Assembly (NCBI GenBank): GCA_019510405.1
Contig: JAEKKK010000058.1
Span: 1-39,634 of the forward strand
DNA: 39,634 nucleotides
From: Gemmatimonadota bacterium
GTDB taxonomy: Bacteria; Gemmatimonadota; Gemmatimonadetes; Gemmatimonadales; Gemmatimonadaceae
Direction: 5' to 3'
The translations under genes and the position numbers were made by a program. A model generated the notes under the pieces. The model had not been told where the DNA came from and ran no database searches. It saw only the letters and a program-made list of their open reading frames with translations. The first letter of the stretch is position 1. Every line of letters starts with the position of its first letter. This document shows positions 32,571-39,634 of this stretch, one piece after another.

Positions 32571-32815
32571 TCCCGCTCCTCCTGAAAGTGGTGGCCCACT
32601 CTGTCCGGTACTGCGCTATCCCGACGTTCGGGTCTCTCCGCTGCAAGCCCTCAGGGCTCATCTCGAAAAATCGTGTGCAAACTGCGGACCCAAGTGTTTG
32701 TGGCTGTGAGGCCTTTCCGCATTTGCCTACGTGAATGCGACGCAATCAAACCTGTTCTGCATCGAGCGCATAGATGCGGGCAAGTGGCGGGCCGCGACGA
32801 AGTATATTCCCCGCC

Positions 32816-33736
32816 ATGTCGCTCGCGGTTCGTCTTCTCGGAACTTCCGCATCACGCCCCACTGTAGAACGTAACGTCGCATCGGTCGCAATCGTTCGCG
32901 AAGGCGAGACGCTTCTCGTCGATTGCGGCGAAGGGACGCAGCGGCAGATGATGCGTTACGGGGTGTCATTCGGGCTCGCCGATGTCTTCTTCACGCACTT
33001 CCACGCCGATCACGTGATCGGCGTCATTGGGCTGCTTCGCACGATGTCGCTGCAGGGGAGAACGGACCCGCTGCGCATCTGGGGACCACGTGGAGCACAG
33101 CGCACGATGAAGCGCGCCGAAGACTTCGGAATGGATCGTCTCACCTTTCCAATCCAAGTGGAAGAGGTGGACGCAGGGAAGGTTATTGGACGAAAGGATT
33201 ACTCGATCGTGACGTTCCCGGTCGACCATCGCGGCTCGCGGTCCCTCGGATACGCGCTCGTGGAGGAGGAGCGGAAGGGCCGCTTCAATCCGGAGCTCGC
33301 GCGGTCGATGGGGATTCCCGAGGGGCCGCTGTGGGGCGAGATCCATCGCGGACGGACGGTGACGCTCGATGATGGCCGCGTGATCGAGCCATCAGTGCTC
33401 GTTGGTGCGAAGCGTCCGGGCCGGCGCGTGGTTGTGACCGGGGACACACGTCCGTGCGCGGGAACGCTGGAGGCCGCGCGTGACGCCGACCTCCTGGTGC
33501 ACGAGGCGACGTTCGGCCACGAGGAGCATGAGCGGGCCGTGGAGACGGGTCACTCGACGGCGCGCGAGGCGGCGTGTCTCGCGCGCGATGCCGGGGTGCG
33601 CTCGCTCGTGCTCACCCACTTCTCGGCCAGATACTCGCGCGACGCTTCCGACCTGGCGCGAGAGGCGCGCGAGTGCTTCGAGAATACGGTGGTGGGAAGG
33701 GACGGGCTGGAGATCGAGGTCGGGTACTCCGCCTGA
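32816..33736 (+). CDS. rnz: Ribonuclease Z (metallo-beta-lactamase fold tRNA 3' endonuclease)
   Basis: Start is ATG at 32816 (MSLAVRLLGTSASRPTVERNVASVAI). Motifs seen: LVDCGEGTQRQM, the HxHxDH motif FTHFHADHVIG, and the C-terminal region LVHEATF...GHSTAREAA...LVLTHFSARY. Confidence 0.85.
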   Translation: MSLAVRLLGTSASRPTVERNVASVAIVREGETLLVDCGEGTQRQMMRYGVSFGLADVFFTHFHADHVIGVIGLLRTMSLQGRTDPLRIWGPRGAQRTMKRAEDFGMDRLTFPIQVEEVDAGKVIGRKDYSIVTFPVDHRGSRSLGYALVEEERKGRFNPELARSMGIPEGPLWGEIHRGRTVTLDDGRVIEPSVLVGAKRPGRRVVVTGDTRPCAGTLEAARDADLLVHEATFGHEEHERAVETGHSTAREAACLARDAGVRSLVLTHFSARYSRDASDLAREARECFENTVVGRDGLEIEVGYSA

Positions 33737-33830
33737 ACTGCTACTCCCGGTCGTGAGTACTCGGTACCTGGTACCGAGACGCCTACCAGCCCCCGGAAGG
33801 CCCGGAAAGGCCCTCGGCGGCACCGTCAGC

Positions 33831-34124
33831 TCAGTCGCCGCGCATTGGCTCGGGGCCGTTGAGCGGATCCTGGCGAGACACCGGCATCGAGCGATGGAAG
33901 AGGCGCATGATCGTTCCCGCATCGAGCTGCTCGAGGATGCGGTTGGGGTCGAGGCGCGAGGTGACGCTGCGCGATTCCGGGCCGCGGCTGATGATCCAGT
34001 TGTAGCGATCGAGTCGCGAGGTGCGGCCGTCGGGATGACGGAAGAGGACCATCGCGTTGCTCGAGCCGGGCGACTGCACGGAGACGCCCCAGGTGGTGCC
34101 GTCGGGGGCAGTGTAGGTCTTCAT
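33831..34124 (-). CDS. Hypothetical 97-aa protein
   Basis: Very high GC3 across the whole ORF. It lies 29 nt downstream of the DUF2203 gene on the same strand. I see no recognisable motif (MKTYTAPDGTTWGVSVQSPG...). Confidence 0.6.
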   Translation of the reverse strand: MKTYTAPDGTTWGVSVQSPGSSNAMVLFRHPDGRTSRLDRYNWIISRGPESRSVTSRLDPNRILEQLDAGTIMRLFHRSMPVSRQDPLNGPEPMRGD

Positions 34125-34153
34125 CGCGTTCGTGGGGACGTGAGAGGGCGACG

Positions 34154-34555
34154 TCAGCCGACGAGCGTCGGCGACAGGGGGCGGCGGCCGGCGTAGCCGG
34201 CGTCCTCGTCGTGCCAGTACTGCACCGAGGGCTCGCCGAGCCGCCAGCAGAGGAGCACGCGTCGGCCATCGAGCTCACTCGGGAAGTCGACGAGTCCGAT
34301 GCGACGGTCCTTGAGCTGAATGCCGAGCGACTCGAGCTCCGTCTGGAAGGTGTCGATCTCGCGCGCGATGTCCTGCGCGCGACGCTCGAGCGCGACGAGA
34401 CGCGGATCGGGGATGTCGGACCGAGCCTCGACGACGACGGCATCCAGCTCGGCGATCGTCTCCTGCCACCGCTGATGCTCTCGCACCACGTCCTCGACGA
34501 TGCGCCGCACCAGCGGGAGCGTGCGATTGGCGTAATCGACGGTGAAGAGCCTCAT
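34154..34555 (-). CDS. DUF2203-like protein
   Basis: Start is ATG at 34555 (MRLFTVDYANRTLPLVRRIVEDVV...LGIQLKDRRIGLVDFPSELDGRRVLLCWRLGEPSVQYWH). This matches my recollection of the DUF2203 family. The ORF-track extension to 35305 overlaps the thioesterase gene out of frame. Confidence 0.6.
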   Translation of the reverse strand: MRLFTVDYANRTLPLVRRIVEDVVREHQRWQETIAELDAVVVEARSDIPDPRLVALERRAQDIAREIDTFQTELESLGIQLKDRRIGLVDFPSELDGRRVLLCWRLGEPSVQYWHDEDAGYAGRRPLSPTLVG

Positions 34556-34593
34556 GCCCTGAAATCTAACCGCATCGTGGGTGCCGCGGAGGT

Positions 34594-35088
34594 TCAGACC
34601 CGCTCGGCGAGCGACGCCTCGCGACGCCGCGCCGCCTGGTCGTGGAGGTCGCGATCCTCCTGCGTCTGGAGCTGCAATGGCGGGACCGGTGCCGGCTTCC
34701 CCATCTGGTCGAGGTGGACGAAGGTGAGCCAGCACTCGTTGGTGTGGCGCCGCTCGCCGGTGGCGATGTTCTCGGCATAGACATGGGCGAGCACGGACAT
34801 CGAGGTGCGTCCCACGTGCACGACGCGCGACCGGACCTCGACGAGCTCCCCGACGTGGATCGGCTCCTTGAACAGGATCCGGTCGATCGAGAGCGTGGTG
34901 GCCTGGCCCGAGGCGTGGCGCATCGCGCTGAGGGCCGCACACCGGTCCACCATGCTCATGATCACCCCGCCAAACACGGATGGGCGGCGGAGGTTGTTCG
35001 CCTGATGGGGCATCATGAGATCGGCGATCACGGCTTCGGACGCCTGAGGAGTGCGCGGCTTGGTGTGATCGGCGTTCGGTGGGATCAT
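34594..35088 (-). CDS. Acyl-CoA thioesterase (hotdog fold, YciA/BFIT-like)
   Basis: Sequence reads ...MMPHQANNLRRPSVFGGVIMSMVDRCAALSA...TLSIDRILFKEPIHVGELVEVRSRVVHVGRTSMSV.... The start overlaps the upstream stop as ATGA. Confidence 0.85.
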   Translation of the reverse strand: MIPPNADHTKPRTPQASEAVIADLMMPHQANNLRRPSVFGGVIMSMVDRCAALSAMRHASGQATTLSIDRILFKEPIHVGELVEVRSRVVHVGRTSMSVLAHVYAENIATGERRHTNECWLTFVHLDQMGKPAPVPPLQLQTQEDRDLHDQAARRREASLAERV

Positions 35089-36314
35089 GCCCGGTGGCGA
35101 AGTGGGGAAGTGCGGCGGTGGTGCGGACCGCGGTCATGCACGAGCCGGACGACCGGGTGCGCCGGCCGGCCACGGCCCGAGGCGGTCCGGGCCGTCTCGT
35201 CGTAGAGGGCCGACTCGTCGAAGGCTCGGGCGAGTGCGCGGCGGGACGCGGAATCCGCCTTCGGCCGGTCGAGCCAGAAGATACGGAGTGCCGGCGCAGG
35301 CACATGGCCCACGAGCCATTCCTGGGAGGTGCTGTCGCGCAGGAAGAGCCGCGCGACCTCGGCGCTCGAGTCGTAGCGCACGACCACGTCGTAGCGACCG
35401 TGCCGCCAGACGTCCCGGTGACCGTCGGCCGATCCGATGGGAAGCGTGGGAGCGACCTCGGCCCACCAGGACGGCTCGCCGATGCGGATGGGCGGCAGCT
35501 CGAGGAGGTGGCCGGCCTCCCCCGCCCCGGTGCCAGCCAGGGCGTAGGAGACGGCGGGCTCGCCGTCGACGAGGGTGAGGGAGAAGCCGTCCGGCTCGAG
35601 GTGGTAAGAGCTCAGCAGGGCGGCGGTGCGGGCGCGGTCGATCCGGTCGCCGCCGGAGCGGACGGAGTCCAGCGTGGCGGCGACGGCGAGGGTGCGGCGC
35701 TTCCGGATCGGCGCGAGGTCACCGGCGGCAACGCGGGCGAGAGACGCCGGGCGACCGGCCGAGAGGTCGATCACGCCGCGCCGGCTGGTGTGCCAGGGTG
35801 AGGCGTCGTCCCGCTCGACGTCGACGTGGAGACCGTATGAGAGGAAGGGCCCGTGCAGGCCGGTGAGGTCGACCGTCGCGGTGGCCCGCCAGAGGGGATC
35901 GTCGTTCGTATCGTCGTCGGGATCGACGCGCGAGTCGTCCGGATGGAGGCGCGCGTAGAGCTGCGCGAGGTGGGGGACGATCGTGTCCTCGTAGACGAGC
36001 AGGGAATCGCCGGAGACGAGGTCGCGGCGATAGACGCGCTGGCCGACGAGGACGGCGTCCTCGAAGGAGCGGTCGTCGTCCTCGACGTAGAGCTCGTAGA
36101 AGCGGCCATCGACGCGGGCGAGCTCGAGCGGAGCGCCGCGCATCCGGATCGATCCGCGATCGCTCGTCACCCAGTACGAGGAGTCGCCTGCCGCGATCAC
36201 GAAGTCGACGGCAGGCGGGCCGCCCGCCGCCGGCGCGGCGTCGCGACAGGCAGCGCCGAGTCCGAGCGCCAGCGCGGCGAAGGGGAGAATCGACCGGGGA
36301 GAGGAGATGCGCAT
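35085..36314 (-). CDS. Hypothetical lipoprotein (409 aa)
   Basis: N-terminus MRISSPRSILPFAALALGLGAAC is a lipoprotein signal with a lipobox. GC3 stays high to the very end. No family recognised. Confidence 0.7.
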   Translation of the reverse strand: MRISSPRSILPFAALALGLGAACRDAAPAAGGPPAVDFVIAAGDSSYWVTSDRGSIRMRGAPLELARVDGRFYELYVEDDDRSFEDAVLVGQRVYRRDLVSGDSLLVYEDTIVPHLAQLYARLHPDDSRVDPDDDTNDDPLWRATATVDLTGLHGPFLSYGLHVDVERDDASPWHTSRRGVIDLSAGRPASLARVAAGDLAPIRKRRTLAVAATLDSVRSGGDRIDRARTAALLSSYHLEPDGFSLTLVDGEPAVSYALAGTGAGEAGHLLELPPIRIGEPSWWAEVAPTLPIGSADGHRDVWRHGRYDVVVRYDSSAEVARLFLRDSTSQEWLVGHVPAPALRIFWLDRPKADSASRRALARAFDESALYDETARTASGRGRPAHPVVRLVHDRGPHHRRTSPLRHRA

Positions 36315-36414
36315 CGACAGAAATATACGGCAAAACGGCTCGACACCCGGCGCGAAAGCTGCGACGGGGCGGTCCGCAGATTAGGCTGCTCGACTCACCC
36401 GATCCCAGCCGCCC

Positions 36415-37671
36415 GTGCACGCCCCACGTCAGCCCCGCTTCGCTCTCCTCGGCTTCGTCGCGCTCGTCGCCTGTTCCACGGTGGCCGAACAGGGCGCCGG
36501 ATCGCCGAAGGTCGAGGAGGTGTCAGCCCATCATGGACCAGCGGGCACCGCGCCCGGCGTGACGCTGGTCACGAACGCGACGCGTGATTCGGCGGCGGGC
36601 GCGATCGCCGATGGCGACGCGCGCCAGTCGGCGAGCCACCAGAGCGGGACGGCCAACGTGGACCGCGAGTTCCCCGTCGTGCGCGCGCTCTACGTGAACC
36701 GGTTCGCGGCGCAGAGCACGAAGCGCATGCGCCAGTTGATCCAGATCGCCGACGAGACGGAGATCAACGCGCTCGTGATCGACATGAAGGACGAGTTCGG
36801 GCTGAACTTCAAGACGCAGAGCGCGGAGTTCGCGCGCAATGCCGGCACGGCGGGGGTGGTGCGCAATCTTCCGGCGCTGCTCGACACGCTGCGCGCGCAC
36901 AAGATCCTGCCGATCGCGCGGCTCGTGGTGTTCAAGGATTCGGTGACGGCGCGCGTGCATCCCGAATGGACGATCCGTCGCCAGGACAACTCCGTGTGGC
37001 GCGACAAGAAGGGGATCGCCTGGGTGAATCCGTATCACCACGAGCTGTGGAACTACAACATCGGCGTGGCGGAGGAACTCGCGAAGATGGGCTTCGGCGA
37101 GATCCAGTTCGATTACATCCGCTTCCCCGAGCCGTATCCGTCGCTGCCGAAGCAGGTCTTTCCGGACAACAAGGGAGTGAGCAAGCCCGATCTGCTCGCG
37201 CAGTTCCTCCAGGAAGCGAACGTGCGGTTCGACAAGCTGGGCGCGCGCACGACGGCGGACATCTTCGGACTCGTCACGACGGTGGGCGGCCCGCTCGAGG
37301 TGGGCCAGTGGTGGGAGAAGATCTCACCGCACGTGGACGTGGTGCTGCCGATGGTGTATCCGTCGCACTATCCGCGCGGCGATCTCGGGCTCGCGGTGCC
37401 GAACGCGGAACCGTACAAGGTGCTGACGATCGCGCTCACACGCGCGCGGCAGCGCGACCAGAAGCTCGGGATCAAGACGCCGGAGCACATCCGCCCGTGG
37501 CTGCAGGCGTTCACACTCGGCAAGCCGCCGTACGGCCCGGCGGAGCTCGAGGCGCAGAAGAAGGGAACCTACGACTCGGGCTACGATGGTTGGGTGCTGT
37601 GGAACCCCGGCTCGAAGTACGAGCCGTTTCTGCCGGCGCTGGAGAAGACCCTGGTGTCGAGGAAGCGCTGA
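36415..37671 (+). CDS. Putative glycoside hydrolase-like TIM-barrel lipoprotein (DUF4015 type)
   Basis: GTG start. Signal with lipobox is MHAPRQPRFALLGFVALVAC. The body reads VRALYVNRFAAQS...INALVIDMKDEFGLNF...ARLVVFKD...WVNPYHHELWNYNIGVAEELAKMGFGEIQFDYIRFPE. Confidence 0.7.
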   Translation: MHAPRQPRFALLGFVALVACSTVAEQGAGSPKVEEVSAHHGPAGTAPGVTLVTNATRDSAAGAIADGDARQSASHQSGTANVDREFPVVRALYVNRFAAQSTKRMRQLIQIADETEINALVIDMKDEFGLNFKTQSAEFARNAGTAGVVRNLPALLDTLRAHKILPIARLVVFKDSVTARVHPEWTIRRQDNSVWRDKKGIAWVNPYHHELWNYNIGVAEELAKMGFGEIQFDYIRFPEPYPSLPKQVFPDNKGVSKPDLLAQFLQEANVRFDKLGARTTADIFGLVTTVGGPLEVGQWWEKISPHVDVVLPMVYPSHYPRGDLGLAVPNAEPYKVLTIALTRARQRDQKLGIKTPEHIRPWLQAFTLGKPPYGPAELEAQKKGTYDSGYDGWVLWNPGSKYEPFLPALEKTLVSRKR

Positions 37672-37672
37672 G

Positions 37673-39634
37673 TCAGGTCTTGTCCTTCACCAGCACGATC
37701 TGCTTGGCATCGTCGGCGGAGACGGCGCGGAACCAGGCGATCAGGTCGGTGATCGCGTCGGGGGGACGGACGCCGGTGGTGCCTTCGATGTGACGCGTGA
37801 GGCGGAGGACGTTGCCGTCCTGCGTGTACTCCGACTGGTAGATGCCGAACGGGCTCGCAGCGCTCACGCTCTTCGGCAGCTCGGCGTGCCAGCCGGCGGG
37901 GAGCGTGAGGAGATACTCGATGTCGTTCGAGCGACGGCCCCACAGCTTCTCGGGGTCGATGGGGAAGCGGCGCTTCCCGCTCGTCTCCAGCTCGCGCGCG
38001 GCAGCGGCGAGTCCGGCCATGCTGGCGAAGGGCATCTGGAGGATCATCGTCGAGCCGTTGACGGTCGCGGCGCGCCCCTGCGCGAGCTTCATGCGCACGC
38101 GCACCGGCGCCTGCAGGTCGCGGCCGTCGAAGCCGATCAGACTGTCGCCCTGCGCGTTCTCGAACAGCCGTGACGCGAACGCGTTGGCGACCTTCGACCG
38201 CTGCAGGGAGTCGAGGGGATCGTAGAACGCGGAGCGCAACGAGTACTGCATCGCGCCGGTGCTCGACTCCTCGTAGCGTCCAGCGACGACCCCGGTGCTG
38301 TCGAGCGTGCCGGTGAACCGCGTGAGCGTGTGATTCGCCGACGCGGGCACGATCGGGAGGGTGACGACTTCACTCGTCCCATCGGGTCGGACGACGAGCC
38401 CGAACTCGCCCTGCTCGTCGGGCGGCAGCTCACCGTACGGGGTGGCCGACGCGGTCAGGTCGACGAACTGCCAGCGATTGCCCTCGCGGACGGCGGCGAT
38501 CTCGTGGTCGAGCTGATGGATGCTCGGCAGGTCGCGATGCACCCCGCCCGTGGAGTTGAGGATCACGGGATACGCTTCGATGCCCAGGCGGCCCAGCGCG
38601 GCGGCGAACAGCGTCGCCTTGTCCTTGCAGTCGCCGAACCCGGTCCGGATCACCTGCTCCGGCGTGTGCGGCTGGTAGCCGGCGATCCCGAGATCGATCG
38701 CGACGTAGCGCACGTCCTGCGCGACCCACTTGTGCACGGCGCGAATGCTGTCGAGGCGCGTGTGCGCACCGCGCACGACGCTGTCGATGCGCGCAGCGAC
38801 GAACGGCGTGACCACGGTGTTCGGCCGGGCGAGCGCGGCGTACCACTTCGCGATGTCGCTCCATTCGATCGGCGACGAGACGTAGATCGACTGATAGATG
38901 TCGTTCGAGTCGGCGGCGAGCGGCTCCGTCTTGACCTTGGCGACGTTCGAGGTGGCCCAGGTGTAGACGCGGCGAGCTCCCGCGACGCGCTCGACGCGCT
39001 TGAAAGGCAGATTCCGCTCGCGGATGCGCGGCGTCATGGACGCCGGCAGATCGACGACGTAGCGCGAGCGTGCGACCTGGAGCCCCGTGCTCACCGACCA
39101 GGTGGCGAAGAAGTCACGCGGCATGAAGGGCTTCAGCTCTTCGGTCGTGACGCTGTAGTCGACGAGCGTGCCGGGCGCGACGCCGCTGAGCGACACGCGC
39201 CGTACGCGCCGGTCGGAGTACACCGGGTCGTCGGTGGACGCGGGAACGTCGGACTCCTGCACGTGCGCGGGCTTCGCGCTCACGACGCTGCCGTCCGGAC
39301 GGACGACGCGAATCCAATTGATCGTGAGCCGCTCGTGGGCCGGCGACCAGGAGAACGACTGCTCCTGATATCGCTCCACCGCGCTCTGGCGCAGGATCTG
39401 GACGATCTGCCGATAGGTCCGCGTCCCGCGTCCGTCCGCCTCGAATCTCAGGACGCCGTCGTCGAGCAGGTACGCCGCGTCCGACTCGGGGAACTTCGCC
39501 GGATCGACGGCGAGCTTGTAGATGCTGTCAGGGCGAACCGAGGGGTCGCCGAGTTCGCTGATCCGGGGAGCCTGGGCGTAGAGGAGGGATGGGCCGGCGG
39601 CGAGCAGGGCCAGTGCGCAGAGACGACGAAGCAT
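37673..39634 (-). CDS. DUF3857 / transglutaminase-like cysteine protease-fold protein (secreted)
   Basis: The ATG is exactly at the window end (MLRRLCALALLAAGPSLLYAQAP, signal peptide). The central transglutaminase-core motif is GFGDCKDKATLFAAALGRLGIEAYPVIL...DHEIAAV. The stop is 1 nt from the convergent 36415-37671 gene. Confidence 0.8.
   Translation of the reverse strand: MLRRLCALALLAAGPSLLYAQAPRISELGDPSVRPDSIYKLAVDPAKFPESDAAYLLDDGVLRFEADGRGTRTYRQIVQILRQSAVERYQEQSFSWSPAHERLTINWIRVVRPDGSVVSAKPAHVQESDVPASTDDPVYSDRRVRRVSLSGVAPGTLVDYSVTTEELKPFMPRDFFATWSVSTGLQVARSRYVVDLPASMTPRIRERNLPFKRVERVAGARRVYTWATSNVAKVKTEPLAADSNDIYQSIYVSSPIEWSDIAKWYAALARPNTVVTPFVAARIDSVVRGAHTRLDSIRAVHKWVAQDVRYVAIDLGIAGYQPHTPEQVIRTGFGDCKDKATLFAAALGRLGIEAYPVILNSTGGVHRDLPSIHQLDHEIAAVREGNRWQFVDLTASATPYGELPPDEQGEFGLVVRPDGTSEVVTLPIVPASANHTLTRFTGTLDSTGVVAGRYEESSTGAMQYSLRSAFYDPLDSLQRSKVANAFASRLFENAQGDSLIGFDGRDLQAPVRVRMKLAQGRAATVNGSTMILQMPFASMAGLAAAARELETSGKRRFPIDPEKLWGRRSNDIEYLLTLPAGWHAELPKSVSAASPFGIYQSEYTQDGNVLRLTRHIEGTTGVRPPDAITDLIAWFRAVSADDAKQIVLVKDKT

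Overview
Very GC-rich bacterial chromosomal window (about 65-70% GC by eye). I recognise about 38 protein-coding genes (two of them disrupted), 3 tRNA genes (Asn-GTT, Gln-CTG, Ala-CGC; all minus strand, none encoding CCA), several rho-independent-type hairpins and two sigma70-like tRNA promoters. I saw no CRISPR array, transposase, integrase, phage gene or reverse transcriptase. The lipoprotein/Big_2/RCC1/PadR/ECF-sigma flavour suggests a Gemmatimonadota-like organism, but that is inference only.

Gene order:
- EamA transporter; aminotransferase -> C-N hydrolase pair; tRNA-Asn.
- Cell-surface signalling set: ECF sigma, divergent from FecR and a TonB receptor with an STN domain, then a helical-repeat protein.
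- Small lipoprotein and a GT87/DUF2029 membrane glycosyltransferase.
- Minus-strand operon: TM-FHA protein -> Ser/Thr kinase with external 7-blade RCC1 propeller -> 8x Big_2 lipoprotein -> TPR/membrane-anchor protein.
- Tat-exported GH29 fucosidase; signal-less OM barrel; secreted Gly-Tyr/Ser-rich protein.
- B3/4-domain protein coupled to PadR; 69-aa Asn/Gln/Ile heptad-repeat protein.
- Accessory-looking minus-strand array: MOSC pseudogene, three shorter Big_2 lipoprotein paralogs, a frameshifted secreted protein.
- MDR oxidoreductase, tRNA-Gln, a lipoprotein-like gene with no canonical start, tRNA-Ala.
- Threonine dehydratase, KGG stress protein, RNase Z.
- Operon of lipoprotein, thioesterase, DUF2203 protein and a 97-aa protein.
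- DUF4015 glycosidase-like lipoprotein and a DUF3857/transglutaminase protein.

The best candidates for something new are the kinase/RCC1/Big_2/TPR envelope module together with its modular Big_2 paralog series (8, 4, 2 and 2 domains, sharing head and tail modules), and the small polar-core coiled-coil protein.

All family calls come from motif recognition by eye. No searches were run. Most other long ORFs in the six-frame track are GC-driven shadow ORFs.
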